A DNA stretch of 64,000 bases from Eledone cirrhosa. Its lineage: Eukaryota. Positions 43,841 through 58,302 of the stretch are shown one piece after another. The position numbers and the translations under genes are program-made. Each line of letters begins with the position of its first letter. Positions within the stretch are counted from its first letter, which is position 1. The notes beneath the pieces are model-generated. The model was not told the origin of the DNA and did not search any database. It saw only the letters and a list, made by a program, of their open reading frames with translations. The stretch spans positions 806,001 to 870,000 of the forward strand of contig OZ024743.1 of the NCBI GenBank assembly GCA_964016885.1, written 5' to 3'.

Positions 43841-46666
43841 ATAGAAAGAACAAATGATAGAGGTTACTGTTGTAGTAAAGAAATATGAGAATACATGTTG
43901 AACGGGTTTAAACTGAAGTTTGTTTTACAAATGAAGGATTGAAAATTAGGACTGGTTCAAAATCATTGTGGGTGTTTAATGACAATGTGTCTCTGCTTCT
44001 AATAAGAAAAAACCCATAAATATCTGCTTCTATTTACTACACGCCACTTATTAACGTTTTATTTAATGGGCAGTTTCAACAGTTTTTGAACAGTGTTAGA
44101 CGCCTAAGAGAAAGGATACGTATTCAACCGGGAATTAAAACTCAGAATAAACGTAGACAATATTGATTGAGTTATGAATAAGCACAAGATTATTTATTTA
44201 AAGGTGGGTGGTAAGTTTGAAACCGAAGTCAACTTCAAGAGCAAATGAAAAAATATTCTTGTAAAAATATGTTCAAATGTGAAATAGAAACTCAAATAAA
44301 TCAAGAAAAAAATCAAGAAAAAATTGACTTTGAATAATTATTGAATAATAGGGAAAACATTTCAAAGTAAACACACCATAGTCAATTTATTCAGCTCTAT
44401 ATCTTAGTGGTATAAATTTTACCTACGACAAATGAATCAAAGGTAAACACCGTTTCGCCATCGAAGTAAAGTCCGAAAATACATTGTCGATGTGCTCACT
44501 CTACTATTTCTGAAAGCCAGCCAACTATAATTTTTAAATATCTTTAGAGTAGTTTGCAAAAAATATATTTGAAAACATGTTCACGAAGTCTATGTCGATA
44601 TAGATTCTCTGTTTTACGTGAACAGGGATGCAGTCGATTATATCCATTCCAGTACCTCAGTGGAAGGAAGTTGACCTTGGCACAATTTAAAATCAGAATA
44701 TAAAAAATTTAACCATAAAGCATTTTGTCTACCACTATTTTGATTGCGCTAACTCATTAATAAGTAAAGAATAAAGTCGATAAATCACCATTTAGTTGTG
44801 GAAGGAACTTGGATTTTCCTTGACTGTGGCAGCCCTATGAATCAAAATTAACGTCGGCGCTTATTCGCAAACTTATTCGAAAGCTTTTTATAAAATAAAA
44901 ACAACTGATTGAGTTATGATATGACCTTAAAACAAATTTCTATATTGGCAGAAATATTTGGCTACCATCTCCAGCGAGACGAGCAGCCCGGAGAAGATTC
45001 CCTTTTTGACTCATAAATTGTCATAATTATTATTTTTCTTCTGTTTAACTTTGAATTATGCTATTACAAATAATAATCTGTTTAATGTATTAGGGTATGC
45101 CTTAATACATTAGCTTTCATGGATCTGTTAATCTGCGTGTAATATTATATCCTACGTAGTGTTCTGTAATCTTTGCTCGCAAATACGTAAAAAGAAATGG
45201 CGTCTGTGCGTAGGCTCCTGTTTTAACGTGATGAAAGATAGCTTAAGCTGAAAATATCTACGATTAAACTGCACAATAAAAGCGTATAAATTACGAAGGT
45301 CGCGAGTACTAAAACTTTTCAGATACTTTGTCTGCTATTAATTCCCAGCTGACTATGTCACAATCCTCTGAACTAGATAGCTTTATGGTATACTGCAACC
45401 TATATTATATATTAGTTTCGTAATTTATCTAGCCTTTTGATACTACTGAACGAGTAAATTGATGTTCAATAATTGCACGGATTTAGCGAAGTGTCTTACA
45501 TAATATTTATTTTTAAGCTTGGTACAAGACCACACATTTAAGTTAAGGCATAATCGACCAACTTATTTGAATAGTAATTATTTTATTTACCAAGTAATGA
45601 TAACAAGGAAAGGCACGCTTGGCGATATAGTTTAGTTAAAGGTGTATATTCAATATTTTATGGCATTAGAGCTGAAGATGTAGTGATTCTGCTCTCCACG
45701 CCTTTCGCATAAGTATATTATTGATTTCTAAGCTACATATTCTGAGGTGGGTGTACGGAATATATAATAAATTATATCGACACAGAACTTAAATTGTATT
45801 TACCGTATCAAGTCTCGAAAAACTAAGATGTAAGAATCAATATTGGTTCGAATTAAACTTACAGCGTAAAGGGACGTAGCTGAACACATCAAGGGACTTT
45901 GTACGTCAGTTTACTAACCCTGCCATCGAACACATTTGCATAATTACAATTTAAATATCTAGCATATCTAGACGGTTAAATAAAAATTGTACCGCATGAC
46001 CTTATAAAATTAGCATCCAAATATACCTGAATAACAGTTGCTGTCTAAAAAGGAGGGTGGGCTCATTAATTAATGTAGTGTTTCATTGCAGTAAAAAGAC
46101 GGAATAGTCATGGCTGGAATGCTTTCCATCATAGATCAAATGGAAACAAGAATAAGATCAAGAATAAAAACCGTGTATCTTGGAACTTCTTATATCGTTT
46201 GCAGTTATTTAGTAAAAATTAATGTTTCTAGTAATGGACCACAATAGCGCGGGATTTTAGATGAAGGGCTAGCACCCAATATGTTTCAAATATATCACGT
46301 TATTCCTAAAAAATAACATTAACTTAAGTTGAAAATTCTACACATTATGCAGGCAGTATATTCTGGGGGTGTCAGACAATGCTGTTTCAAGATTCGTTAA
46401 TCTTTCATCAGTGACACTCACTTAGAACATACTAGTATGGAATAGTCTATAGGCTATGTAGTATTTAGCGTGATGATCATTTGTTGGAGATGCTCATTTG
46501 TATATAACAAATAGAAAACATCGGTAGGAAGTGGACCTTTAGATATAATGCAAGCATGGTGGGTTATATTTAATTAGCGTTAGCACTCGGCTTTTAAGCA
46601 CAATATATTTGTATACACCTCTATCTTACTTAAACGCTGTCTTATAGAAATATATATATATATACA

Positions 46667-46752
<86 letters not shown>

Positions 46753-46781
46753 TCTGTTTGTTTGTCTGTAGTTATATATAT

Positions 46782-46829
<48 letters not shown>

Positions 46830-46984
46830 ACACATCACCGAATTCTTTCGCTAATATAAGGGTTCCCTCCCTTGCTGAATACCATGTGCGTCATTCGGCT
46901 TCGGGGCCCTTCTATACTGTGGAACTAAAGACTCGTTGATAAAGCTTTCCTTGTTCCTCTCTTCTCTATAAGCTTTATATATCT

Positions 46985-47300
46985 TTTATAGGGCTAATAG
47001 TGTTCAGATTAAGGAATTGCAGAAACCCAAGAAGCTAGATTTAACATCATTCTAGCGTGTCCGGGTAAGTTTTACATTCATTTAATTTATTAATTTATTG
47101 ATATTTTATTTGAGTGACCCGAATCTTCGTGGTCGTTTATTTTCGGCTGCATGGGTGATTTTAGGCATGACCTCTATGTGTTGGTATTTTAACGATAGTT
47201 ATAGCTCTGATTTTTCCAAATTATTGAGCCCTCTGCCACATATATCGGATATTGTTTATCGTGATTTCGTGGGCTGAAATTCCGATTCTCGATTATTCTA
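46985..47300 (+). repeat. Unclassified ~315-bp interspersed repeat, second copy at 57910-58223
   Basis: Shared cagaaacccaagaagctagatttaaca..gatagttatagctctga..attattgagccctctgcc; both end at (TA)n. Confidence 0.8.
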
Positions 47301-47311
47301 CTATATATATA

Positions 47312-47672
47312 CATGTTGGTGAGCATGTCCAGCTAACCTCAGTCTCCTCTGTGTCACTTTTGAGCTGACGTTTGGGATGCTCCCATACAGCTCTGAGTTT
47401 TTCATCCTCGGTGTATACTGATTAATGTTCAGAGGCATCCTCAGCATTCTCGTGTAGCACCCATCCACCATCTGAGTGAGTCTCTTGGTCAGTGTCCAAG
47501 TCTCAGACCCATACAGCAGCACAGACTCCACTACAGCAATGAAGAGGCGGATTTTCAGGTCTCTACGAAGGTTCGACTTCCACACCGATCTCAAGCTGTG
47601 ACACGCCGCCCAGGCCTTGCTCTTCCTCCCAACCACATCATCTTCCGTAATCCCAATCTTTGCTCCCAAATA
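47312..47672 (-). mobile_element. RTE-clade LINE fragment
   Basis: KIRLFIAVVESVLLYGSETWTLTK..DGCYTRMLR..RRLRLAGH. Confidence 0.9.
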
Positions 47673-47673
47673 T

Positions 47674-47737
<64 letters not shown>

Positions 47738-47742
<5 letters not shown>

Positions 47743-49280
47743 CATAAATATTTACACATACTCCAATTAAACAAAGTCACAGGTAGATATGTGTTTTGGC
47801 AACTTTTCACGATGTGGCTCAATGGAGAATTAATAAATTAAATAATCAGAGCAAAATACTATAGAGTAAAGCATGTCCAGAGAATTATTTGATAATATAT
47901 ATACACCATCTCTCCTCCCAATCAGCATAATTAACCACACAAAAAATCAATTAGGCCAGGCTGTAAGAATAAAAGGCATCTATGAAGAAACAGTAAATAA
48001 ATACTCCAATGCGGCGTCTTCGCGTATAACAGCCATAGAATATTTACCCAACATTTCAACAGTACGTGGGAATTAATTAAATATACGGTCAACCATACAT
48101 AATTAGGTAAAAATTAATGTTAGAAATGCTTATATACATACCAGAATTAAATCATTAAATCTCGACTTAAGGGTTTCGCTCACCTTTGAGATACCTTATT
48201 AAGGATAATACTCGAGTTTTAGAGCTCTTCAGGGGACAAACTCGCTACGACATATTATTTTCCGAAGTGGTCCCCGCCAAACACGAATAAGGTATCTCAA
48301 AAGTGAGCGAAACCCTTGGGTCGGGATTTAGTGATTTAACCCTCGTACGTATATAAGCATTTCTAACATTAATTTTTACCTAATTATGCATGGTTGACCG
48401 TATATTTAATTAATTTCCACGTGCTGTTGAAATATTTATTGGCGTATTTATTTACTGTTTCTTCATGGATGCCTTTTATTCTTATAGCCTAGTCTAATTG
48501 ATTTTTTGTGTGGTTAATTATGCTGATTGGGAGTAGAGTTGATGTATATATATTATCAAATAATTCTCTGGACATACTTTACTCTATATTATTTTGCTCT
48601 GATTATTTAATTTATTAATTCTCCATTGAGCCACATCGTGAAAAGTTGCCAAAACACATATATACCTGTGACTTTGTTTAATTGGTGTATGTGTAAATAT
48701 TTATATTTAATAATCTCCCATAAGGTTGAGATAAAATTTGGGCGATATTGGGCTGCGCTTTCTAGCAACCAACCCACTCGCCGTAAGCAACCAATCACAC
48801 CCTTCCTGACTTGACCACTGCCACGTCACAGTTCTCAAACATTTTGAATTCGTGTTTGGCGGGGGCCACTTTGGAAAATAATATGTCGTAGCGAGTTTGT
48901 CCCCTGAAGAGCTCTAAAACTCGAGTATTATCCTTAATAAGGTATCTCAAAAGTGAGCGAAACCCTTGGGTCAGGATTTAGTGATTTAATCCTGGTATGT
49001 ATATAAGCATTTCTAACATTAATGTTTACCTAATTATGTATGGTTGACCGTATATTTAATTAATTTCCACGTACTGTTGAAATGTTGGGTAAATATTCTA
49101 TGGCTGTTATACGCGAAGACGCCGCATTGGAGTATTTATTTACTGTTTCTTCATAGATGCCTTTTAGTCTTACAGCCTGGCCTAATTGATTTTTTGTGTG
49201 GTTAATTATGCTGATTGGGGGTAGAGATGGTGTATATATATTATCAAATAATTCTCTGGACATGCTTTACTCTATAGTAT
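47738..49280 (+). mobile_element. Retrozyme-like HHR element: ~1.5 tandem units (650-bp spacing) plus inverted 5' copy
   Basis: Sequence from 48286 is repeated from 48936; 47738-48285 is an inverted copy; HHR 48900-48976 tccc-CTGAAGA-gctc..gagc-GAAAccc(tt)ggGTC-agga and 48160-48236 (-). Confidence 0.85.
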
Positions 49281-50017
49281 ATATATATATAGGGTGAAAG
49301 CAGCGATTCTTTGCTTAAACTTTAATCTGTTATTTTAATAAATATTTGCTCTACGGATCTTATATATTTGATATATATTTATCCTTATCGAGCCTTCTTT
49401 GGATTTTAGTCTTCAAATTTATTATTATTACTATATATATATATATATCATTGTTTCTCCTTTGCCACCACAGTATCTCTCTGTGTTAACTTTACCGTCA
49501 TGCGATATGTATCTCTATACCCCCTCTATATATGTTAGTGCACATACCTCCGCCCTTATTCTCAATTCTTTCAACACCACCCACTACACCCTACATATCT
49601 TTCATTAGGTGATTATTCATTATAACCGATTCATTTAGGAAGAGCAAAGCGTTATTCAATCAGAACGGTAGATTAAAAGTTTTAGTACGTTGATAGCGTG
49701 TTTGCTTATATAAATATGAAGCAGTGAAGGATAACTGTTAGTTATATAAATATTAATATGAAAACATGAAAACAAAACATGTCAAAGAATGACTAAGTTC
49801 CATATACACATGATTTCCATGTAAACAACTGCCTTCCTCTCGTTCTCCCTTAAAATAACTATTAAAAAATGCATAACAAAGAGAACGGAGAAATATCAAC
49901 TTTGATTCATAATTTCGGTTGGTTCTGCTATCATACTGGAAGGCGCCAGCTATGTTATTATATTGAAAAATTGGGTGGCGTGGCAGATATGGTATACTGG
50001 CGAGGTAAATAGATTGT

Positions 50018-50067
<50 letters not shown>

Positions 50068-51010
50068 CATACATGTTAGAAAATATATATAAAAGCCCTT
50101 CCAGAAGATATATAAGATATTTATGTCGTGTCTATGTAGTAGGTAGTACCTGTGCAATTTGAGTTGAGCCTGTGTAGTTTTTGACGAATGAGGTTCCAGT
50201 TGTTCGCTTAATGGAACATCTTGCTGAATACATATTTATGTCTGGGCTAAATATTCAGCAGAAGCCTTTAAACGTAATCTTCTAGCAGATTTAAAATGAA
50301 ACACTCTATTGTAAAGCTGGTGCATTTCCGCATAGTTTTCTCGTAGGCAATCTCACTAACAAAGGTGGATTGACCCGGAAAATAATGGAATACATGTGTA
50401 GATGGGATTCAGGTCATCATGAATAGGATCCTACACGTGAAAATAATTCAATATATTTTGGTTACTATAAGATACACCATTGAGCATAGGCCATCATGGC
50501 TATGTATTACAAAATAACAACAAGAACAACTTTTGACTGAAAGTAATATCAGCTTTACTCTAGAAATTAATTATTGTACATGAGGTCCATTTACTTCTTA
50601 TCATTCTAATTTAAAATGGCAGGTTTTGTTTCATGAAAAGTTGTACAATCCTTTCGGAAGTTTCTTTCTCTTTTTATCGAAAAGCAGTCATTACATTTTG
50701 ATTTAAAAATAAAGCGCCTGTGTTCATAGATAAGCTTCACTTAGGCGAGTCTCGCCCTACGGAGATTCACAGGGATGTTATCTTTAAATATCATTGACTA
50801 GCAGGAAATATTCACCACATCAGAATTTAACAGTAATCCAAAGTCTTAACCTACATTCTAGACGTAAGCAAGACACTGTGCCAGATCAACGTACAACGAC
50901 GCACGAAGGTACACAAGCATTTACACACACATGTATGCATATACACAGACACACACATATATATATATATGGTTATATATATATGTGTGGGGGGAGGGGG
51001 GTTCGTATGT

Positions 51011-51051
<41 letters not shown>

Positions 51052-51054
51052 AAC

Positions 51055-51611
51055 TAGAATTGGTTGAGGACCTCCTGTATTGGGAACACAGAGGATGATG
51101 TAGTTGAAAGGAAGAGCAAAGCCTGGGCGGCGTGCCACAGTTTGAGATCGGTGTGGAAGTCAGAACTTCGTAAAGACGTGAAGCTCCGCCTCTTCGTTTC
51201 TGTAGTGGAGTCTGTGCTACTGTATGGGTCTGAGACTGGGACACTGACCAAGAAACTCACTAAGATGGTGGATGGTTGCTACACAAGGATGCTGGGGATA
51301 GCTCTGAACATTAATCCATCTGAACTGAGGATGAATAACTCAGAGCTGTACGGGAGCCTCCCAAAGGTCAGCACGAAAGTAATACAGAAGAGATTGGGGT
51401 TGGCTGGACAAACTCACCGACATTCAGAGTTGACACTGCACTCCTGTGGGAGCCCCTGCACGGACACGCTAGAAGAGGGAGACCGAGGTTTACATATATT
51501 GATGCCCTAAGGACAGACACAGGTCTCTTGGATACGCAGAACATGGCAGCGATGATGAGGGACAGAGACCGCTGGAGAAAACTCGTCCATGGATCTCGAG
51601 AATGTTACCCG

Positions 51612-51613
<2 letters not shown>
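51055..51613 (+). mobile_element. RTE-clade LINE 3' fragment (same family as 47312-47672)
   Basis: KLRLFVSVVESVLLYGSETGTLTK..; then MAAMMRDRDRWRKLV. Confidence 0.9.
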
Positions 51614-51699
<86 letters not shown>

Positions 51700-51707
51700 A
51701 TATATAT

Positions 51708-51905
51708 AAGTTTTAATATAGATGAGATACTACAGGACTAGAACTGTTTCATTCTTTAGAAATCATCAGAGATTCCTGATGATTTCTAAAGAATGAAACA
51801 GTTCTAGTCCTGTAGAATCTCATCTATATTAAAACTTTTATACTCTGCTATGTATTTAGTACCTTACTTACTGTGGTTACCTCCGATTCAACCCGGAATA
51901 ACGTA
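51708..51905 (+). mobile_element. Back-to-back HHR element, third copy
   Basis: Intact HHR 51772-51818 (+) preceded by an inverted copy; (TA)n on both sides. Confidence 0.85.
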
Positions 51906-52151
51906 CCTATATATATATATACATGCAAGAACAAAACATCAATAGTCATGTACAAGTAAATGCTTTTTCTTTTGGTGTAAGGATTATAGAAAATAAAGGT
52001 TTGACAGTTAAATCTTTGTACAGAGGCTAGGATGGGTTAGTAGGTTGAGGTCAGCTGGTAAAAATAAATTTTCCAAAAGAACATTAAGAGTATGAACAGG
52101 AAACGCAACAACAAGAAACAATAATGACAGCAGAAGCAACCTGATAATAAT

Positions 52152-52335
52152 TGTTTCTACTTTAGGCAGAAGGCCAGCAATTACCCAGTACATTACTGGT
52201 ACTTTATTTTATCGACCCCGTAAGGATGAAAGGCAAAGTTAACCTCGGCGGCATTTGAACTCAGTAAAGGGACGTAACTATACTAGAAAACATGGCGTCT
52301 AACCCTCTACTGATACTGCCAATTCACCGCCCTAC
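52152..52335 (-). mobile_element. Full-length SINE with 18-bp TSD
   Basis: aagcaacctgataataat at 52134 and 52336. Confidence 0.9.
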
Positions 52336-52543
52336 AAGCAACCTGATAATAATGACAGTTAAGTTATGCACAGAAATGTTCTTTGTTATATGCTTGTGGC
52401 ATGTTTATATATACCAGTAATACTGGCGAATCGAGAGTAGTACTCAATAGTTCAGTGTTGGTTAATAGTGTACTAACACTGATTCAGTGGCCCGTGGAAA
52501 CTTCAGGGTAAAAAAAACTCCTCAGCGATTACAAATTATATCA

Positions 52544-52636
<93 letters not shown>

Positions 52637-52689
52637 TTCTCTCTTTATATATATATATATAGAGTATATATATGTATGTATATATAATT

Positions 52690-52722
<33 letters not shown>

Positions 52723-53041
52723 TTATGCGTGTGTGCGTATGTATGTAGGTATGTATGTATGTACTTTTGTATGTGTCTATTTACGTATATGTATCTATGT
52801 ATATATGTATATATAATTTATATAAATATATATTTGTGTGTGTGTGTGTTTATGCGTGTGTGCGTATGTATGTAGGTATGTATGTATGTGCTTTTGTATG
52901 TGTCTATTTACGTATATGTATGTATGTATATATAATTTATATATATATATATATGTGTGTGTGTTTATGCGTGTGTGCGTATGCATGTAGGTATGTATGT
53001 ATGTACTTTTGTATGTGTCTATTTATGTATATGTATGTACG

Positions 53042-53075
<34 letters not shown>

Positions 53076-53121
53076 TGTATGTATGTATGTATGTATGTAT
53101 GTATGTATGTATGTATGTATG

Positions 53122-53155
<34 letters not shown>

Positions 53156-53961
53156 TGTATGTATGTATGTATGTATGTATGTATGTATGTATGTATGTTC
53201 TTCTCGTTTCATAATTACACAAATTTTTGCCAACAGAGAGAGAGAGTCGATTTCTCACATAGACACAATACTCTTTCAGTGGAATTTACACAACATCAAC
53301 TTGGTAGATATGTATGCATGTCTGCATGCATGCACGTGTGCATGCATGTGTAGATATGGATGTTATTGTATGTGTGGATGTGTATGTTTTGAGTTGTACG
53401 TGTGCTTATTATCTGCACATGTGTATATGCAGTTATTATGTATGTATGCATGCGTGTACGTACGCATGTATGTACGTATTCACTCACACGCACACATACA
53501 CAAATATATATATATATATGTGTGTGTGTGAATTGGCTGTCATTAGACCGCCAGATAGAATGGCATGTGCTTTATAATTTGGCTGTTTATGCTCGAAACC
53601 CAAACCGACGAGGGAGATTTTACCTTTCATCCTTCAATTACTAGTCAATTACTGAGTGAAATAATTTCTTTTTCTCTCCGCCCCCTATCGTTCAAGTACA
53701 TCTAGACAGAAGGAATTCCTCTAATGTTTTCATGTTACTTTATTTCACATTGTGTAACGGTCTTCTAAAAGACCACACCTATTATAGAAGCGAACTTTCT
53801 GAAATCGGCCTATCTGTTGTCTTATGCAATAATTCAAAACCTAAATTCATTAATTTAAATTTCAAATAAATTCAATATATGAATCTTCAAACTTATATTT
53901 TCCTCATGTCTGCTACATATGCTGCTCATTGTACAGGTCTGTGTCCTCCATGAGTCTGCTA

Positions 53962-54126
53962 ATAATTATTTCTACTTTTGGCAGTGTATTACTGGTGCTT
54001 TATTTTATCGACTCCGTAAGAATGAAAAGCAAAGTTATCCTCGGCAGGATTTGAACTCAGATCATAAAGGGTGGTAACTCTATGCTGCAAAGCATGGCGT
54101 CCGATCCTCTATCGATAATGCCAATC
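53962..54126 (-). mobile_element. SINE copy
   Basis: Matches the SINE consensus. Confidence 0.8.
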
Positions 54127-54539
54127 TGTAGCCAAGTTGAGGGGCAGTTCACACTTTTTCACTCCTACACATCCCAGTTAAGAATCCGTGTAATCTTTGG
54201 CTATGGAGTCCAGGTGAAACAATATCCAATCCAACTTCTCACAATACTTCGATCAAGCGAGCATTCCGTAAAATGAAAAAGTAAGAAATAGTTAAGGCAT
54301 GAACATCATTCCATAAACTGATTAAACAGGTAAAGAAAGCAAATGACGGTCACATTGAACTGAAATAATTATAAACACTCCAAAATAAATTGGCATAAAC
54401 ATACAATTTGCAGTGTTTGAATTTTCCTAGATATACTAACTGCAATAAAGATATCTAAACGGTCCCAATTTACCTGTTACATCCTGTATATATAGCAATC
54501 GAATGCCAATGTATTAATAATAATTAATAATATATATAT

Positions 54540-55068
54540 TTCTTCATTGGCCACAAGGGCACAAATATAAAGGACAATAAAAAAAGAACTGGGACAGCGA
54601 GGATGTACATAAAACCTGTAAAAAAATTAAACCTGACAAAATAAATAAATAACAACCGAATGTTTCCATAGAGGTGAGTACCACCCAGTGGTAATTAAGA
54701 GACACTGAAGATCAGAAACCACCTTGACCGCCATGCCAATACGATGAAGGTGCCCTTCTCTTCTCTGACATCTGCAGTCTGCAGGTGCATGCTCAGACTA
54801 GGCCCATTCAGTCGGGTTATTCGCGCCACCTTTTAACAAATGTGTTGAGAGGCACAGTTCCCACTCCACCCTCACCGTCCTTTAGAAGTGGAACTTGAAA
54901 AATTTATTGATGGTCTTCAGTCCTTTCAATCACGTCCATCACACAACCGCTTTTGATACAGCCACGGAACAGAGGAAAACAGCCTGTCGTTCATGGCCAA
55001 AAGAAGATGGTGGGGCAATATTCACGATGAAGTTAGCCGATAGTCGGATCCATCCAACACGAAAGAAT
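54540..55068 (-). mobile_element. Possible L1/Tx1-type LINE 3' remnant
   Basis: Decayed frame ..FLCSVAVSKAVV*WT..FFKFHF*RTVRVE.. resembles a Tx1 ORF2 C-terminus. Confidence 0.4.
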
Positions 55069-55104
55069 AATATATATATATATATATATATACATCTCAA
55101 CTCA

Positions 55105-55142
55105 CCTTTTGAAAAGCAGAAGAACTGCGAAACCGGTAAAGG
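55105..55142 (+). ncRNA. Minimal hammerhead with U3-A8 core variant
   Basis: cctt-TTGAAAA-gcag(aagaa)ctgc-GAAAC-cg-GTA-aagg. Confidence 0.65.
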
Positions 55143-55211
55143 AACCAAATAAATATATATATTTAAAAAAAAAATAAGACTTCAGTTGCATTTTCGATTT
55201 CATCCCTTTTT

Positions 55212-55285
<74 letters not shown>

Positions 55286-55584
55286 TTACATACATACTCT
55301 GCATGTAATAACTGCATGTACACATGTACAGATACAAAGCATATACACATGCACACATACAATGACATCCATTCATATGCGAATATGCATACATATCTGC
55401 CTAGTTGATTTTCTTTAAATTCAAATGGGGGAGAGCCTTGTTAGACACCGACTCTCCCTATTGGTAAAATTTTATAAAATTATAAAACCCGAAGAACATA
55501 CATTATATATGTGTATGCATGCCTTTGTATTTCTCTCTCTCACTCTCTCTTCTCTCTCTCTATATATATATCTTACTCTTTCAT

Positions 55585-55680
<96 letters not shown>

Positions 55681-55856
55681 GAGGTCACAGAATGTGTGAC
55701 GAAAGAACTTTGACAATATATGAACAATCGTCTGGTTGTGGAACCAACCAACCAACCGGAAATTTATAAATTCCTAAATTTATAAATTTAATTTATAATA
55801 AATTGAAGTGAAAACATTTGGTGCGTGTGTTTCTTATTGGCAACATGACCCTACCA

Positions 55857-55924
55857 AAGTATAACAATATCGGTTTCAACACACGTTTACAGATAAAGAA
55901 TCTTGCTAAACAAATTCAGAAACG

Positions 55925-55972
<48 letters not shown>

Positions 55973-56040
55973 CGTTTCTGAATTTGTTTAGCAAGATTCT
56001 TTATCTGTAAACGTGTGTTGAAACCGATATTGTTATACTT
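55857..56040. repeat. ~72-bp perfect inverted repeat centred on (TA)n
   Basis: aagtataacaatatcgg..cagaaacgaa-(AT)n-ttcgtttctg..ccgatattgttatactt. Confidence 0.95.
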
Positions 56041-56729
56041 ACGCCGCAGCTCCATTATTATCATATTTACACATATATTTTTTCCATGCTGCCATTCCTG
56101 TTTCGTTTGTATCTTTACCCCTTCTAGCAGTCTCTCTCTCTCTGTTAGCCTCCTCCTCAACTTTCACTCACTCATTCTCTGTCACTACCTCTCCTCCTCC
56201 TCTTTCCTCCTCCTCCTTCAAGTTTGACCTGTGTGTAATTCTTTTCTCGCGCGGTCTTGACCGAGCTGGTATGGAATTTTTTTCTCTCTCTCTTTCGTCT
56301 GCGACTTCACAAAACTTGCGTTTACCGAATTCGTAGACCAGACCCCTTTATCATCTTCTTCTTCTTCTTCTTCTTCTTCTTCTTCTTCTTCTTCTTCTTC
56401 TTCCTCTTCTCTCCGTTTTCTCTCTCTCTTTTTTCCCCCCCGTCAAACTTGGGCGAAATTCTTTCCTTGCTCACATTTCAACCAGGTTTGATGGTCTTTT
56501 GTCTCTTGTTCACGATTTCACAGAGTTTATATTCATAGAGATCTGGGACTTGTCTATTTCTACTCACTTTCCGTTGCTAAAACTTGTTTGTTGTTACTCT
56601 GGCGTCCCCCTTTATTTACGTGTCCCAACGACTTTTTTTAGCCGTTGTTCGCACCAACCCGAGGCATATGGCCCTTAAAGCGATGAAATGCCCAGGACGG
56701 TTGGAGGGTCACTGATGAAGGACTCACTT

Positions 56730-56775
<46 letters not shown>

Positions 56776-57741
56776 CAGATGCTATATCAGAATTTTCCTT
56801 CTCCTAGAATTCTGCCTTGACAACGGCTAAGGGGTCATCTCTCCCGGTGATTTTGGATGGCCATTGACTCTTAAGAGCTCCTTTGCTCTTTGACAGGTTT
56901 TGGTTTTAGTCCTGCAGGATGTCCAAAGTAACCCTCCTCACAAAGAAACCTTGGTGGGGTTGTCAGTTTAGTCGCCAACGACCCGACCATGAGACAGGTT
57001 GTACTGGGATACATGTTACCAGTAGCACCATATGGTATCCAATGATGTTGACTTGTTCTTCTTTTTGGTAAATATCATCTTGGTTAAGAGAGTGGGACTG
57101 GCTTTGTGCAGTGCCTTTGCTCACTATAAAAGCTTCACGGCACAGGCATTACTTTATATCTGGAGATCTCTCTGCACTTGTCATCACAGGGTACAATGGG
57201 CCTAGGACTATGTGTCAGTAATTGTCACAAGTGTAGTGTTTGTACCAGAGATTTCAAGTCGCTGGCTGGACTAAAAAGTCACACTCGTTCGGCACATCAG
57301 TAGGGGTTCTTCTACATGGATATAAAGTAGTGGCCGTACTCGAAAACGAGTTGGCAGCCACCATATATATATATATATATATATACATAAGTGTGTCTGT
57401 GTCTAGCTTTGTGTAGAGGTGAATGATCGATCAAGTATGCAATAATCTGAACGATCGTCGTTTCAGATGTTATTATGAAATATCAGCTGAAGCATATGTA
57501 AAGAGCTGACACCCATGTGTATATTATATTGTCTCACAGGCTGCTTTATGGCTTGGTGATGTACGTTAGTCTCATACATCTCCGGCACACTATTTTAACA
57601 GTCATATATATAGAGAATAAAAATAAGAGAAAACATTTTAAATACGTAAACAAACAAAACAAATAATAACATATCACCAGATAACCAACAACATTCAACA
57701 AAAGCAAGGCAAACAGACTGCATACACACACACACACACAT

Positions 57742-57840
<99 letters not shown>

Positions 57841-58217
57841 TATATACATAGTTATAAATATAAATACATTCAATTAAATATATAAATACTGTATATTTAT
57901 ATGTGAGCTGATAGAGTACAGTCTAAGGATTTACAGAAACCCAAGAAGCTAGATTTAACACCTTTCTAGTGGGTCCGGGTATGATTTTACATTCATTTAA
58001 ATTATTGATGTATTGTTTTATTGATATTTTTTATCTGTTTGTCCCGAATCTTCTATTATCGATTTTTTATCGTATGGTTGATTGTAGACTTGTTCTATAT
58101 GTGACGGTATTTTAACGATAGTTATAGCTCTGATTCATCTGAATTATTGAGCCCTCTGCCGCTCATTTCGAATTTTGTTTATCGTGAACTCGTGCGCCGA
58201 TTTTTCGATACTCGATC

Positions 58218-58302
<85 letters not shown>

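Noticed and set aside
57325-57362. Possible HDV-like ribozyme at the 5' end of an RTE-related repeat
   Set aside because: Only a simple hairpin could be drawn; no nested double pseudoknot.
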